In this document: one piece after another, positions 24,407 through 38,530 of the stretch
Layout of the letters: every line of letters begins with the position of its first letter
Position numbering within the stretch: the stretch's first letter is position 1
Origin: Octopus sinensis
Lineage: Eukaryota
Direction of reading: 5' to 3'
Length of the DNA: 64,000 nt
NCBI RefSeq assembly: GCF_006345805.1
Contig: NC_042997.1
Span: 16,120,001-16,184,000, forward strand
Position numbers and translations under genes: made by a program
Notes under the pieces: generated by a model
Database searches by the model: none
What the model was told of the DNA's origin: nothing
What the model saw: the letters and a program-made list of their open reading frames with translations, nothing else

Positions 24407-24810
24407 ACGCAGGAGTGGCTGTGTGGTAAGTAGCTTGTTTACCAACCACATGGTTCCGGGTTCAGTCCCACTGCATGGCACCTTGGGCAAGTGTCTTCTA
24501 CTATAGCCTCGGGCCGACCAAAGCCTTGTGAGTGGATTTGGTAGACGGAAACTGAAAGAAGCCCGTCGTATATATGTATATATATATATGTATGTGTGTG
24601 TGTTTGTGTCTCCGTGTTTGTCCCCCTAGCATTGCTTGACAACCGATGCTGGTGTGTTTATGTCCCCGTCACTTAGCGGTTGGGCAAAAGAGACCGATAG
24701 AATAAGTACTGGGCTTACAAAGAATAAGTGCCGGGGTCGATTAAATGCGGTGCTCCAGCATGGCCGCAGTCAAATGACTGAAACAAGTAAAAGAGTAAAG
24801 AGTAAAGAGA
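24407..24810 (+). mobile_element. SINE family A
   Basis: Full-length copy. Confidence 0.9.
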
Positions 24811-24999
24811 ACTCAAATACACTAGTTACTTGTGGGGATTTTGCAGACATCTTACATCTATGATTATGGATACGTGTAGTGCTACTATATATATATACAT
24901 ACGTAAACACACACACACACACACACACACTTAAAAATATATATATATATATAATTATGTATATTGATATAGATATATATAGGTAGATACGGATATAAT

Positions 25000-25229
25000 G
25001 TACGTAATGTATATATATATAAGCACACATTTATATACCCCTACATATATATATATAAATGCGTACATACTTACACATATATGTATGGATATACATATAA
25101 ATGTATGCATACATAGTACATACACCTATTCATACATACACACACACATAATATATATAATATATATATATATATATTATATATATATATATGTATATAT
25201 ATGTATGTATATATATATATATATTATAT

Positions 25230-25280
<51 letters not shown>

Positions 25281-25481
25281 GTATATACATATGTATATAT
25301 ATATACATAGATCCAACTCAACGCACCCACCCGCGCACACATATGCATGTACGTATGTGTGTGTGCATGTGTGTATATATATATGTATGCACACACACAC
25401 ACACACATATATATACACACTCACACACATACATATATACATATATACGTAAAAACATATATAAGCACACATTTATACATA

Positions 25482-25521
<40 letters not shown>

Positions 25522-25528
25522 CATTTGT

Positions 25529-25571
<43 letters not shown>

Positions 25572-25585
25572 CACACACACACAAT
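25000..25585. repeat. Compound (TA)n/(CA)n microsatellite block
   Basis: Directly visible. Confidence 0.95.
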
Positions 25586-25791
25586 GCAGACTCATCTAGC
25601 GGTATGTAGTGTGAGAATTTGGGTTAGATTTAAGGGGCTAGGATTAAAGGTAGAATATAGGCTATGAAAACACGTTTTTGTTTGTTTGTTTGACACCCCG
25701 CGTTCTTTTGGCATTTTCCAGGAATGTTCCCGCTTCTACCGTTAAGCATTTGCTGTTTAGGGGAAAAAGGAAGGATAGTAGTAGGGGAAGG

Positions 25792-25853
<62 letters not shown>

Positions 25854-26109
25854 TCAGGGATATAAAGGCGGCAAGAAAAAAAAAATGAAAGAAAACTTTA
25901 TTAATTTTACCTTCGTATTTTTGTTTTGTTTGTTATGTATTATTTATATCTCAAAATAATAAAATGTGGAATAATGATAATGGAATACCGATGGTGGTGG
26001 AGGCGGTGGCGGTGGTGGTACTGGTGGTGGCCGCTGTGGTAGATAGTACTGGAAGCGATGGTCGTGTTGGCAGTGACGGCGGCGGTTGTAGTAGTGGTGG
26101 CAAGCTGGT

Positions 26110-27062
26110 GGCGAGTTGGCAGAAACGTTAGCACGCCGGGCAAAATGCTTAGCAGTATTTCGCCTGCCGTTACGTTCTGAGTTCAAATTCCGCCGGGGTC
26201 GACTTTGCCTTTCATCCTTTCGGGGTCGATAAATTAAGTACCAGTTACGCACTGGGGTCGATGTAATCGACTTAATCCGTTGTCTGTCTTGTTTGTCCTC
26301 TCTGTGTTTAGCCCCTTGTGGGTAGTAAAGAAATAGGTATTTCGTCTGCCGTTACGTTCTGAGTTCAAATTCCGCCGGGGTCGACTTTGCCTTTCATCCT
26401 TTCGGGGTCGATAAATAAGTACCAGTTACGCACTGGGGTCGATGTAATCGACTTAATCCGTTGTCTGTCTTGTTTGTCCTCTCTGTGTTTAGCCCCTTGT
26501 AGGTAGTAAGAAATAGGTATTCGTCTGCCGTTACGTTCTGAGTTCAAATTCCGCCGGGGTCAACTTTGCCTTTCATCCTTTCGGGGTCGATAAATTAAGT
26601 ACCAGTTCTGGGGTCGATGTAATCGACTTAATCCGTTTGTCTGTCCTTGTTTGTCCTCTCTGTGTTTAGCCCCTTGTGGGTAGTAAAGAAATAGGTATTT
26701 CGTCTGCCGTTACGTTCTGAGTTCAAATTCCGCCGGGGTCGACTTTGCCTTTCATCCTTTCGGGGTCGATAAATTAAGTACCAGTTACGCACTGGGGTCG
26801 ATGTAATCGACTTAATCCGTTTGTCTGTCCTTGTTTGTCCTCTCTGTGTTTAGCCCCTTGTGGGTAGTAAAGAAATAGGTATTTCGTCTGCCGTTACGTT
26901 CTGAGTTCAAATTCCGCCGAGGTCGACTTTGCCTTTCATCCTTTCGGGGTCGATAAATTAAGTACCAGTTACGCACTGGGGTCGATGTAATCGACTTAAT
27001 CCGTTTGTCTGTCCTTGTTTGTCCTCTTTGTGTTTAGCCCCTTGTGGGTAGTAAAGAAATAG
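26110..27062 (+). repeat. SINE B-derived tandem array: one head plus five units of about 180 bp
   Basis: Units start at 26155, 26337, 26517, 26695 and 26879. Confidence 0.95.
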
Positions 27063-27954
27063 GTTGTAGTAGTGGTGGTGGTGGAGATGATGATGATGAC
27101 GATGACGACGACAACGATGACGACGAGGTTGATAATGATGATGATGATGACGATAAGAATAATGAATAACAGCCCCCAACAACTACAATATTACACCATC
27201 AACGCTATTGTCACTCCCACGTGACCGTCTACGTGGTCGATCTAACTGCTAGATGTCGTTACTAAATTCCCTCCTGTTTTAGGAAAGGACACGTCGAATA
27301 TAAAAGTCGACTGAAGTCATGACTGGGGTTACTTTGGGGCAGGATGGATATGTGGTTAAGAAAGGCGCTTTGCAGCCTTGCGATTACGAGCTGCAGCTTG
27401 GGCAAGTGTTTTCTACTGTAGCCCAAGGCCGACCAATTCATTGTAAGTGAATTTGGTACAGAGAAACTGTACTGAAGCCGTTATATGTGTATGTGTGCGT
27501 CTTTGTGTCTGTATATGTTCTGCTACCACCGCTTGACAACCAGTATTGGTTTGTTTACGTCCCCACAACTTATCAGTTCGGTATGCACGAAACACTCGGC
27601 TCTTGAGCCACTTTTGTACTATTATGCCGATTAAGAAATAACAACAACAACAACAAATAGCAACAATAACCCTTTCAGCTGCAGGCACAAAACATTGGCT
27701 CAAGTGTACAACTGGTACTTAATTTTATTGACGCCGAAAGAATGAAAGACAAAGTCGACTTCGGCAGAATTTGAACTCAGAACGTAAAGTCGGAAGAAAT
27801 GTCGCTAAGCACTTTTTCCGACACGCTAAAGACTCTGACAACTCGTCGCTTTAATGATAATAATAATAATAACACACGCACACACACTCGCACACACACA
27901 CACACTCGCGCACACACACATACACACACACACACACACTCGCACACACACTCG

Positions 27955-27998
<44 letters not shown>

Positions 27999-28112
27999 GA
28001 AAAGAGAGTAAGTGACAGAGAAAGTGTGGGAGAAGAGAAAAAAAAAAGAGCTAAACAGGAAGTTATGGAGAAAGCTCTGATTCTGATATTCGAAATTTTA
28101 TTAATACATTTA

Positions 28113-28345
28113 CCTATTTCTTTACTACACACAAGGGGCTAAACACAGAGAGGACAAACAAGGACAGACAAACGGATTAAGTCGATTATATCGACCCCAG
28201 TGCGTAACTGGTACTTATTTAATCGACCCTGAAAAGATGAAAGGCAAAGTCAACCTCGGCGGAATTTGAACTCGGAACGTAACGGCAGACGAAATACCGC
28301 TAAGCATTTCGCCCGGCGTGCTAACGTTTCTGCCAGCTCGCCGCC
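28113..28345 (-). mobile_element. SINE family B monomer
   Basis: Complete head, body and tail. Confidence 0.9.
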
Positions 28346-29128
28346 TTAACACAACATTTACCGCAACAATGCCATTGCTTCCTTTGTGGGGGCACAAGGC
28401 CATAGCCTTCCCCGGACACATAACTGCGAGTGTGTGATATACATACATTCCTTCAAGAGATTAGTGAACGTTTGTGAAGCGAAAGGATCTAAAGTAGAAG
28501 AGTTTTTACCGCTTGTACCACAGCAAAAATTTGAGCTTACCATATATAATAATAAGAAACCTATACCATAGAAATAGATAATAGAAAGTCTCGTCTGTCC
28601 TTCTTAGCTACCGGTAAGGCTTCTGCTGATAATGAAAAGGCAACCTTTCATGAAATGCGTTAATAAGCTGTCCACTCAAGATAGCAGCGGCCATAGTAGC
28701 TACCTAATACTGTCCGCCGTTGAAATACTAGACTTACACAAATAAAACAGCAGGACAGTGGAGATTATTTCAACACTTGCTCACACATCAAACAAATTTA
28801 CTTGTGGCAAAGAAGTGTTATGGCTATCTCTCTCTTCTTTCAAGCGGTTTATCACTTTTGTTGCTTCCGTTCTTTATTATATAGATCAACGATTAATGGT
28901 GCAATATCTTTCTTTTTTCTTTTGTTGTTTTATTTTTTCGTTTGTTGTTGTTGTTTTTTTTTTTCCGTTGGTTAATCTTACGGCTTAGTTATTTCAACAG
29001 CGAAATCACTTCTTTTTGTCATCTATTCACTTTTTGTGTTATCATTAAATACTTTTTGCTGTCTATTATATCACCATTTCCCTGGCATTCATTAGCCCCC
29101 CACTGTTCATTATTAGTTTATTGCACTA

Positions 29129-29513
29129 CTAGCAGTATCGCCCGGCGTTGCTCGAGTTTGTAAGGGAAATAACTATAAAGCATTTTTAGAGAGTTATTAG
29201 CCAAAAAATAGCAAAAAAATGAAAAAAAAAATGATGGTAAATTTTTTTGAGAGTTAAAAAGGTCGAGTTGCGTCCCCTAGACAGTCTGTGGTTTGTGTTT
29301 CTGATTTTCGACCCCATGTCGAATTTATCGATTTTTTTCAGAACTGGGGGAACTTTTCAAAATTTTCGCTGCGTTAGTTTTGAATTATGACATTGGGCTA
29401 TGTGTGTGTCAAGTTTCATCAGAATCGGTTGAAAGCCGTGGTCAGGGTGAGGGTACAACCTAACAGACACACAGACACGCAGACAGACAAACTGCCGTTT
29501 ATATAGAGAGAGA
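29129..29513 (-). mobile_element. Non-autonomous Helitron
   Basis: Near-identical to 8257-8627; A|TC...CTAG|T. Confidence 0.85.
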
Positions 29514-30037
29514 TGTTATTAATAGCTCATTTAGGAAGACCTGTGAATTGAAGGTGTCAGTAGACAGTTACAAAAAGGCTGTTTCGATTCCCAGTTTGGA
29601 CGATATTGCTTCAAATGCACTTCTAAAATCATAAACATAATACAATCTCATTCTGCTTCTTTATGGAATTTTGGCCTTGCGTCTACGTAACAAAACAAGT
29701 AATTAAAGTATCTTAATATTTCGGAGGTAGGTGGGTGTAAGGAATAATTAATTAATCTCCACGAACCTATAACTAATGGCCGGTTAGCCCGTGACCATCA
29801 TGCCTTTGTTGGTGACATTAAATAACATTACTTCATCTAACATCACTTTTCAAAAGACACTAGGCTGGGATATGGAGATTCGGTTGCTAATCCTAGCAGG
29901 TCAAGCGAGCACATAGAGATTTCCTTGCTGGCTGAAGTCTTTTGAGATATAAGTGAAGGGTCCAACTGAAAATCAGAAATATAAATGATGAGCACATAAA
30001 ACACTTAATGGTATTTAAGTAATGAGAGAGAGGGGGT

Positions 30038-30275
30038 GGCGGCGCGTGGCTTAGAGGTTAGGGTGCCAGCATAATGATCATAAGATTGTGGTTTCGATTC
30101 CTGGACCGGGCGACGCGTTGTGTTCTTGAGCAAAACACTTCATTTCACGTTGTTCCAGTCCACTCAGCTGGCAAAAATGAGTAACGCTGCGATGGACTGG
30201 CGTCCCGTCCAGCTGGGGAACACATACGCCATTGAAACCGGGAAACCGGGCCCATGAGTCTGGATAGGCTTTAAA
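30038..30275 (+). mobile_element. tRNA-derived SINE family E (CORE-like middle)
   Basis: GGCGCGTGGCTTAGAGGTTAGG...GGTTTCGATTCC, then TGTGTTCTTGAGCAAAACACTT; the tail also occurs at 17060-17155. Confidence 0.75.
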
Positions 30276-31524
30276 GGGGAAGGGAAATCATTCTGTGTTA
30301 TTTCTTTTAAATAGCTTAGACATTGATTGTAAGGCAGCATCGTGCCTCTTCTCAGGGCTTTCCATATTATTAGGAAGACAAAGAGAAAAGTTATTCTCAG
30401 ATCAGATATTTAGCCTCGATATTTATCTCCGACACAAGAACTGGAATGTTCCTTCCACAGGCTAGAGTAGTTGTTTTCAATCTTTTCGACCTTCTAATGC
30501 ACTGGAGATTAAGCAAAAATTTTACTGGAACACTTCGTATGGAAAGTTAAAAAAAAAACATGCTATGATATTAAAAAGACAGTAAAACAGAAAACTATCA
30601 CCCACCTTGTTTTATTAATAATTCTCCGTATAAAAGAAATTGAATTTGTTTTTTTAAAAGCTTTAAATTATATATTTAAAGTCCACGACGCACCTTGATA
30701 ACTTATGTGGGGAATCGTTTGAGACCTATTTTAGATAATATACGGCGGTGGGTTGGCAGAAACATTACAGCGCCGGACAAAATACTTAGCAGTATTTCTT
30801 CCGATTTTACGTTCTGGTTTCAAATGCCACCAGGGTCGAGTTTACCTTTCATCTTTCGGGGTCGATGAAATAAGTACCAGTTGAGCACCGGGATCGATGT
30901 AACCCATTTAACACTTCCTACGAAAGTGCCGGCCTTGTGCCAAAATTTGAAACCATCATATTACATTATATGATCCTACATATCTATAAAAAGACAGAAT
31001 GGTCGAACTGGAATTTGATCATAGGTCTATCCCGCCAGGGCTGACCTGGAGACTAAACAATAAGATAATCTCTTCATGACATTGTATTCTCAGATCTTAA
31101 ATTTTTCCTTTGAAGTTCCTTCTCGAATGTCTGCGTTTTAAGTGTAAATTTTTCATTTCAAATATCAGGAGAATTTTTCTCCATTTTTATTTTTAAAACC
31201 TGATTTGATCAACTTTTAATTATAAAGCTGCCTTATTTCTTCTTGACCACTTTTTTATTGTTTGATCTCTGATGCAAAAAAAAAAAAAAATGAAAAGATC
31301 ACTGATGGAACGAATCAATGAGCGTGTCTAAACTTGGTCACTGGATGTACTAAAAACAACTACCAAATTTCCTCAAATTACACCTTAGGAAAAAATGGAA
31401 TGGTAACGTATTATTTATAAAAGCTGACTTCGGCAGAATTTGAGCTCTACGTCCGGAGTTCAGATTCTGCTAAGGTTAACTTTGCTATTCATCCTTTCGG
31501 GATCAATAAAATAAAGTATTAAAG

Positions 31525-32125
31525 TGGTGAGCTGGCAGAAACGTTAGCACGCTGGGCGAAATGCTTAGCGATATTTCGTATGCCGTTACGTTCTGAGTTC
31601 AAATTCCGCCGAAGTCGACTTTGCCTTTCATCCTTTTGGGGGTCGATAAATTGTTGTGTACCAGTTGCGTACTAGGGTCGATCTAATCGACTAGACTCCT
31701 TCCCCAAAATTTCGGGCTTTTTACCTAGAGCAGAAAAGAATATTTAAGGCGGCGAGCTGGCAGAAACATTAGCACGCCGGGCGAAATGCCTAGCGGTATT
31801 TCTTCTGCGTTACGTTCTGGGTTCAAATTCCGCCGAGGTCGACTTTGCCTTTCATCCTTTCGGGGTCGATTAAATAAGTACCAGTTACGCCCTGGGGTCG
31901 ATATAATCGACTTAATCCGTTTGTCTGTCCTTGTTTGTCCCCTCTGTGTTAGCCCCTTGTGGGTAGTAAAGAAATAGGTATTTAATTTGTTTCTATGTTC
32001 TGAGTTCAAATTCAGCCGAGGTCGACTTTGCCTTTCATCTTTTCGGTTGCATACTGGGGTCGAGGTAATCGATTGGTCTCCTCCCCAAGCATTTCGGGTC
32101 TTGTGCCTAGAGTAGAAAAGAATAA
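31525..32125 (+). mobile_element. Cluster of SINE B copies with two alternative tails
   Basis: Tail 1 ends ...GTGGGTAGTAAAGAAATA; tail 2 ends ...GGGCCTTGTGCCTAGAGTAGAAAAGAAT. Confidence 0.8.
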
Positions 32126-33255
32126 AATAAAGTGTCACTCAAGCACTGGAGTCTATGGTATTGACTAATCCCCTCTCAAAATTAGAAACAAGCATTTCTA
32201 GCTCTACAAAACGACATGATCATAGCTGAAAGATATTTGATCATCGGTCTTTTTCAGTCAAGGCTGTCCTGGCACTGAACAGCAGCAGTAATAGCTACAA
32301 CATCAAAAACAACAATATTGAAAAAAAAAGAAAGGCAACTAAAAGAATATTTTTGAGTTAAACATTTGTAATTGAGTAGAAGCCACTGTTTGTAATCGCG
32401 AATAATGTTACCGAATGTTTATTATTCCCTAAATTAGTGGATCCAAAACACAGAATTAAAAAAAAAAAATTCTGCTTCATGTTAGCATTCAGCTGTTGTT
32501 ATCTAAAAAGTCATCAGTCCAATAAGAAGCTTCCACGCTTATTTCCTAAGAAAATTTGCTTATTTAAACCGTAGCTATATTAATTTCTGCAAGAAGATCA
32601 AAACATATGTTGATTTTGTTCATTCTATCCAAACACACCTCCCGCCAACAGAGAGCAACGTTACAATAAACAAACACCGATTTATGTCGAGCTTCGGTAC
32701 AGAACGAGCGATTTGTATTGAGCCTTCCCACCCCTCAAATCTTCTCAACAGCAGAAGAACAAAGGAAACGGCCGAAAGACTGAAATTACCAATGAATGTT
32801 TCCTTTGAAAGTTTCCTTCCAACTGAAAAGAACTTTGTTCATATATTTTATTTTTAAGCTTATGGGAAAATCTCGAGAGAATTAAGGAAACTTAAAGCCT
32901 AATCCAGACCAAATTTTTTAAAAAAATCATGTTGTTCAGCTCATGATTTACTCCTTGTCTCAATAATTCCTAACACTCACATGAATCACTGAACTAAAGA
33001 CATTTATTTTAAAATTTGTTTATTTTTGTGATCCTTTCATTATGATGATACAAAGGAGTTCTGCAGATTACGTTTTTCTATAAGCACATATTCACATATT
33101 TGTCCATTTTACCTTTTGTTTTTTTTAAACAGTAAACCTTTCATTCGGACGGAGCCTTAATTGGAATCTCGTAGTGTTAAATAGTTAAAAGGAAAATACT
33201 TCCTAATAGGACTCAATGGCAAAGAATTGATTGACTCGTTAGAATCCCAGTTTGT

Positions 33256-33652
33256 GGAGGCGCAATGGCCCAGTGGTTAGGGCAGCGGACTCGCGGTCGT
33301 AGGATCGCGGTTTCGATTCCCAGACCTGGCGTTGTGAGTGTTTATTGAGCGAAAACACCTAAAGCTCCACGAGGCTCCGGCAGGGGATGGTGGTGATCCC
33401 TGTTGTACTCTTTCACCACAACTTTCTCTCACTCTTTCTTCCTGTTTCTGTTGTACCTGTATTTCAAAGGGCCGGCCTTGTCACTCTCTGTGTCACGCTG
33501 AATATCCCCGAGAACTACGTTAAGGGTACACGTGTCTGTGGAGTGCTCAGCCACATGCACGTTAATTTTGAGCGACTAAAAAAAGGCGGTGCTCCAGCAT
33601 GGCCGCAGTCAAATGACTGAAACAAGTAAAAGAGTAAAAGAGAGTAAAAAGA
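33256..33652 (+). mobile_element. SINE C fused to a SINE A 3' end
   Basis: SINE C up to about 33568, then GGCGGTGCTCCAGCATGGCCGCAG...(AAAAGAG)n. Confidence 0.8.
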
Positions 33653-34450
33653 GGAATAATAATAAATAAATAAATAAATAAATAAAAATAAATAAATGAA
33701 AATGCGAAATCGCCATGGTTTTAATGCCTTTGATCATAAGGACTCCTTGATCTGGATGGACTGCACAATAACAAAACATGCAAATGACAGAAACAACGCC
33801 AGATATGATGTTAATACTGCTCTCAAGCACGAGAACATTAAAGGCATAAGTAAATAAAAATGGCTTCTGTTGGGAAAAAATCGAAGCCGGATTTCAGGAT
33901 GACATATCTCGCCAGGCGGCGGGAGCTTAACCTCTCTACGGTCAGAAACTCGTCAAAATGCGTTTATCCCTTATTATAGGTGATGTTCTATAGAAAGGAT
34001 TAATATCTTTTTTTTTTCACAAATAAAAGAACAATAAAATACATATAATATTTTAAAAAATGATTATAGAATATGCATCTGTTTGGTCAAAGGTTTCCTG
34101 ACAAAACATTTGGTAGGTAGAGGGGGTTAATTCCCCCCCCCCCGCCCCGAAGATTATAATTTGTTTATATATATATTGTAGTAGACAAGATTACGAAATA
34201 CTGTTTATCTTCTGGGCTTTGTTTGCGTTCGGCTTTTTCATCCTATACAATGTCAGGAAAACCTTCAACTAAATGCGATCTTTTAATGTGCATACATACA
34301 TACTTATCCACCCAAACGAACTGATACATACATACAGACACAATAAGTAGGTATTTCTATACGTACGTACATACATACATACATACATGCATGCATATAT
34401 ATTTGCATATAAACATACCTTTATATATATACGTGTGTATCTCTCTCTAT

Positions 34451-34547
<97 letters not shown>

Positions 34548-34564
34548 ATATATTATATATATAT

Positions 34565-34970
34565 GAGCTGGTAGAAACGTTAGCGCGCCAGGCGAAATGC
34601 TTAACGGTATTTCGTCTGCCGTTACGTTGTGAGTTCAAATTCCGCCGAGGTCGACTTTGCCTTTCATCCTTTCGGGGTCGATAAATTAAGTACCAGTTAC
34701 GCACTGGGGTCGATGTAATCGACTTAATACCTATGTCTGTCCTTGTTTGTCCCCTCTGTGTTTAGCCCCTTGTGGGTAATAAAGAAATAGATATTTCGTC
34801 TGCCATTACGTTCTGAGTTCAAATTCCGCCGAGGTCGACTTTGCCTTTCATCCTTTCGAGGTCAATAAATTAAGTACCAGTTATGCACTGGGGTCGATAT
34901 AATCGACTTAATCCCTTTGTCTGTCCTTGTTTGTCCTATCTGTGTTTAGCCTCTTGTGGGCAATAAAGAA
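34565..34970 (+). mobile_element. SINE family B dimer inside (TA)n
   Basis: One head plus two units, with TA runs on both sides. Confidence 0.85.
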
Positions 34971-34973
34971 TAT

Positions 34974-35048
<75 letters not shown>

Positions 35049-35049
35049 T

Positions 35050-35190
35050 GTGATAAGCAGCTTGCTTACCAACCACATGTTTCCGAGTTCAGTCCCACTG
35101 CATGCACCTTGGACAAGTGTTTTCTACTATAGCCTCGGACAGACCAATGCCTTTTGAGTGGATTTGGTAGACGGAAACTGAAAGACGCCC
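35050..35190 (+). mobile_element. SINE family A, 5' half
   Basis: Matches 130-270. Confidence 0.8.
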
Positions 35191-35199
35191 AATACCAAA

Positions 35200-35728
35200 A
35201 CAATTAAAACCATCCACACTCGCCCAGTTTTCAAAAAAGGAAACAAATCCCTTGCCGTGAATTACCGTCCAATCTCACTCACCTCTCATATCATTAAGGT
35301 ATTTCAGAGAGTGGTGAGATCGCGAATGGCTCACTTCCTTGAGTGTCATAATATGCTTAACTCCAACCAGCATGGATTCCGTAATGGAAGGAATTGCCTG
35401 GCGCAGCTACTGCATCATTTTGATGACATTTTGAGAGCCTTGGGAGAGGGTTCCAACACTGATGTTATCTACCTTGATTTCAGCAAGGCCTTTGACAGGA
35501 TTGATCATAAGATCTTTTTGAGAATGCTGTCCAGTATTGGTGTAACTGGAAATCTGCTGCAGTGGATCAGGCGCTTCCTGTGAAACATAACCCAACATGT
35601 TATAGTCGAAGGAGTAAAATCCAGCCCAGTCAAAGTCAGTAGTGGTGTCCCACATGGCACTGTGTTGGGCCCACTTCTCTTCATCAACTATATTTATGAC
35701 ATTACTGATATCATAAGCAACAGACATA
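35200..35728 (+). mobile_element. CR1-like LINE RT fragment
   Basis: PVFKKG..NYRPISLTS..QHGFRNGRNC..YLDFSKAFD, an in-frame stop at 35581, then SGVPHGTVLGPLLF. Confidence 0.9.
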
Positions 35729-35729
35729 T

Positions 35730-36480
35730 GCATTAGTTTAACGCTCGAGAAGTGAGAAAGTCTTTTACGCTTCGAGCCTACGCTCTTCTACAGAAAGGAA
35801 CACAGAAATAAACAGGGAGAGAAAATAGAAAAGGTTTGGTGGCTAGCGATATATCATGGCGAATGCCGGACAGAGGGATCACACAGGAGTGCTAGGAAGA
35901 AGGGGATATAATAAAGTAGTGGTGATCCAAAAACGAAGGTGTGCGTGTGTATGTGAGAGCGTGTATGTGCGTGTTGAAGGTGGCTGGTGACCTTGACGTG
36001 TGCGTGTGTACACGTGTAGGTGTGTGGTTGATGGTGTAGGTGCAGGGAATTGGTCAGTGCTACTGTGTGCGGGATAGTGTGTTGTGGTATTGTGGTGTGG
36101 TGGTATTGGGGTGTGGGGGAGGTGAGAGTGGAGTAAGCAAGGGTGGGGTATAAGGGATGGGGTGGGGTGGGATAGGATATATAGGGTTGGAATGTGTAGG
36201 GGTGGGGTAACGAGGGAGGGGTGACGATGAAAAGAGAGGGTGGAAGGGAGAAGGTGGGTAGAAGTGAAGAGAGGAAGTAGGTGTCAGTGTCTGTGTGTAT
36301 GCGTACATACATATGTGCATAATGAAGTGTATACACAGAGGTGCGAATAAAATTTGCTGGCACACCTAAGACGACAAACACGTCATCTGTAGATTTAAGA
36401 AGGACACTGGCGTACACATTGCATTTCAATATCACCTCATCTGTTTACAAACATCACTCATATACTTTCAGGAACCCACG
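35730..36480 (-). mobile_element. Probable PLE 3' region with a broken A6U HHR (35762-35797)
   Basis: Same pseudo-LTR motif as 2605 and 7047; GAAA is mutated to GAAG. The upstream extent is uncertain. Confidence 0.4.
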
Positions 36481-36597
36481 CACACGTACTTAGGCATTAC
36501 ATAAATATGCAGGCCACTAAGTCGATATCTAAATCAACAAACTCCTTCACACAAGCACACACATACACCGACGCACATATATATAAGCCCACTCATA

Positions 36598-36635
<38 letters not shown>

Positions 36636-37424
36636 TAGATAGATACATATACAGAAGTTTAGTTAGCAAGAATTTAGTAGATATATATATATATAAGTTT
36701 CTAATAAACAAATATAAACCCAGACATTGGTAAATGTATATAAACTTGCTGGTATACTAATAAATAAAATCTCTTGCATACATATACATTCATAGGTACA
36801 TAAACACACACACACACACAAAAAAAAACACACACACACATGCGCGCGCACATACAAACACATAGAGTCTCCGTCTGTCTGTTACTGTCACCCTGTCTCT
36901 CTGTGTTTCTCTTTCTCTCTCCTTCATGCCCACACGGATGATATAATACAGACACGCACACACAACATTAGCAAATACAGCTGCAAAGGAATCTTGTGCG
37001 TGCGTGCGTGTATATATGTATGTGTGTATACGAGAAAAAATAAAAGAATCAAAGTCCTTCGTACTCGGCGGGTTATATATGTATATATATATATAGTAAC
37101 AGAAAGGGATGAATTTCGATTATCTCCACGTGGTGAGTTGTAATATGTATAAGAAATTAAAGAAGGAAAACGCACACACATTATAGAGTTTTGATATAAT
37201 TTTTAATATATCTTGTATTGTGTTTGTCGACCGGTTTCTCTTTCGCTAACCCTGACATTAAAATTTATTTAAATACGTATTTTCTTAAGAAAAAAAAATT
37301 GTCCATGTTGTCCGTGGAGTTTATGAATGAATGATTTAACAAGTAGAAAAATGTAAGGGGAGGTAATTGGATGTCATTATTGTAGACAGGGGAGGTAATT
37401 GCTCATCTTTCGGTGGTCGTGGGA

Positions 37425-37465
<41 letters not shown>

Positions 37466-37544
37466 AAAATTCAACAACTAGAGTAATGGGGAGAAGTATG
37501 TACAGTAATTGGTATGTAATCGGGATTTAAAATATGTATAGAGA

Positions 37545-38410
37545 TCAAAGTTGGTTATGCGTGCATTTTCAGACATTTTCTGTACTTTTCGATGAATAAA
37601 TTTTCTTTATTTAAACGTTCTTGTAAAGAAATTGTATCTTTGTACTGGTAGAAGGGGGAAATTGTGAAATTCGGTTTGCTGTTACCTGCACATCTCTATG
37701 TGTTCACTTAAAGGAATTTGTATTGCAGGAACTGGATCTGCTCTTTATGTAGAGTGGTTCTCCGCCTCAATGTCAGACTCGTCTGTCCTATATAGTGATG
37801 TCCACAAGCAGAACAGGTTATTACATAAATTAGGTTCTCAAAGACACAAGTGAAGCTGGTCTTAATTGTGAATCTCTCTGTTTGAAAATGAAATCCGAGG
37901 CTTCAAGTAGGTTGGGGCATGTTCCACAGTTTGAGAGTCCACATTTATTAACCGTTGGTTTCGTAGTTGTTCTGTAAAGCTTCACATTTGTTAGAAGTCA
38001 CTTTAGCGACTAGTGTTGCTTTTTGCATTTCATGAATTTATGTGCTTTCAGGATATTGTTCATTTTTGGGTCTCTAGTTAGTAATGGAAGATTTTGCACA
38101 ATAGTGTTGTATGCCACATTCTTTATAGGATTGTGAGTTGATATATACAGTAGTGTTTTGAGATGAGGTGTGGTGTTATGCTTTGTTGTCCTTAGCGTTT
38201 TTATATCTAATTTCTTAGCACGCTTAATTCCATCCTATATACGTGAAGGTGGATATTGTCTTTCAGTTAGTGTTGTTTTGAGGTCTTGAAGACGAAGTTC
38301 CTGAGTAGTTCTATCAGACAATAGTGTGTAAATCCTTTTTGACAAATTAAAGGGGATATTTATTTTGATGTCTTTCGGGTGGCATGAGCTAAAAAGGAAA
38401 TATTATTTCG
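37545..38410 (-). mobile_element. Penelope-like element (Neptune-like), RT thumb plus GIY-YIG endonuclease remnant
   Basis: Manual translation: YFLFSSCHPKDIKINIPFNLSKRI...NKCGLSNCGTC...FTCVFENLIYVITCSACGHHYIGQTSLTLRRR..H, with stops and frameshifts. Confidence 0.85.
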
Positions 38411-38530
38411 AGTTGTTTCATGATAGATTATGGTTAGCAACAGCGAAGCCGGTCGAAAACACAATACAAGATATATTAAAATTTATATTAAAACGATATA
38501 AAGTGTGTGCATTTTCCTTCTTTAATTTCT

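Noticed and set aside
26110-27062. CRISPR-like or tRNA gene array
   Set aside because: Units are wholly repeated with no unique spacers, and the tRNA similarity is limited to Pol III boxes of a SINE head.
35854-36435. 193-aa Pro/Thr/His-rich ORF
   Set aside because: Low-complexity pyrimidine and CA-rich strand of a repeat; no domain signal.
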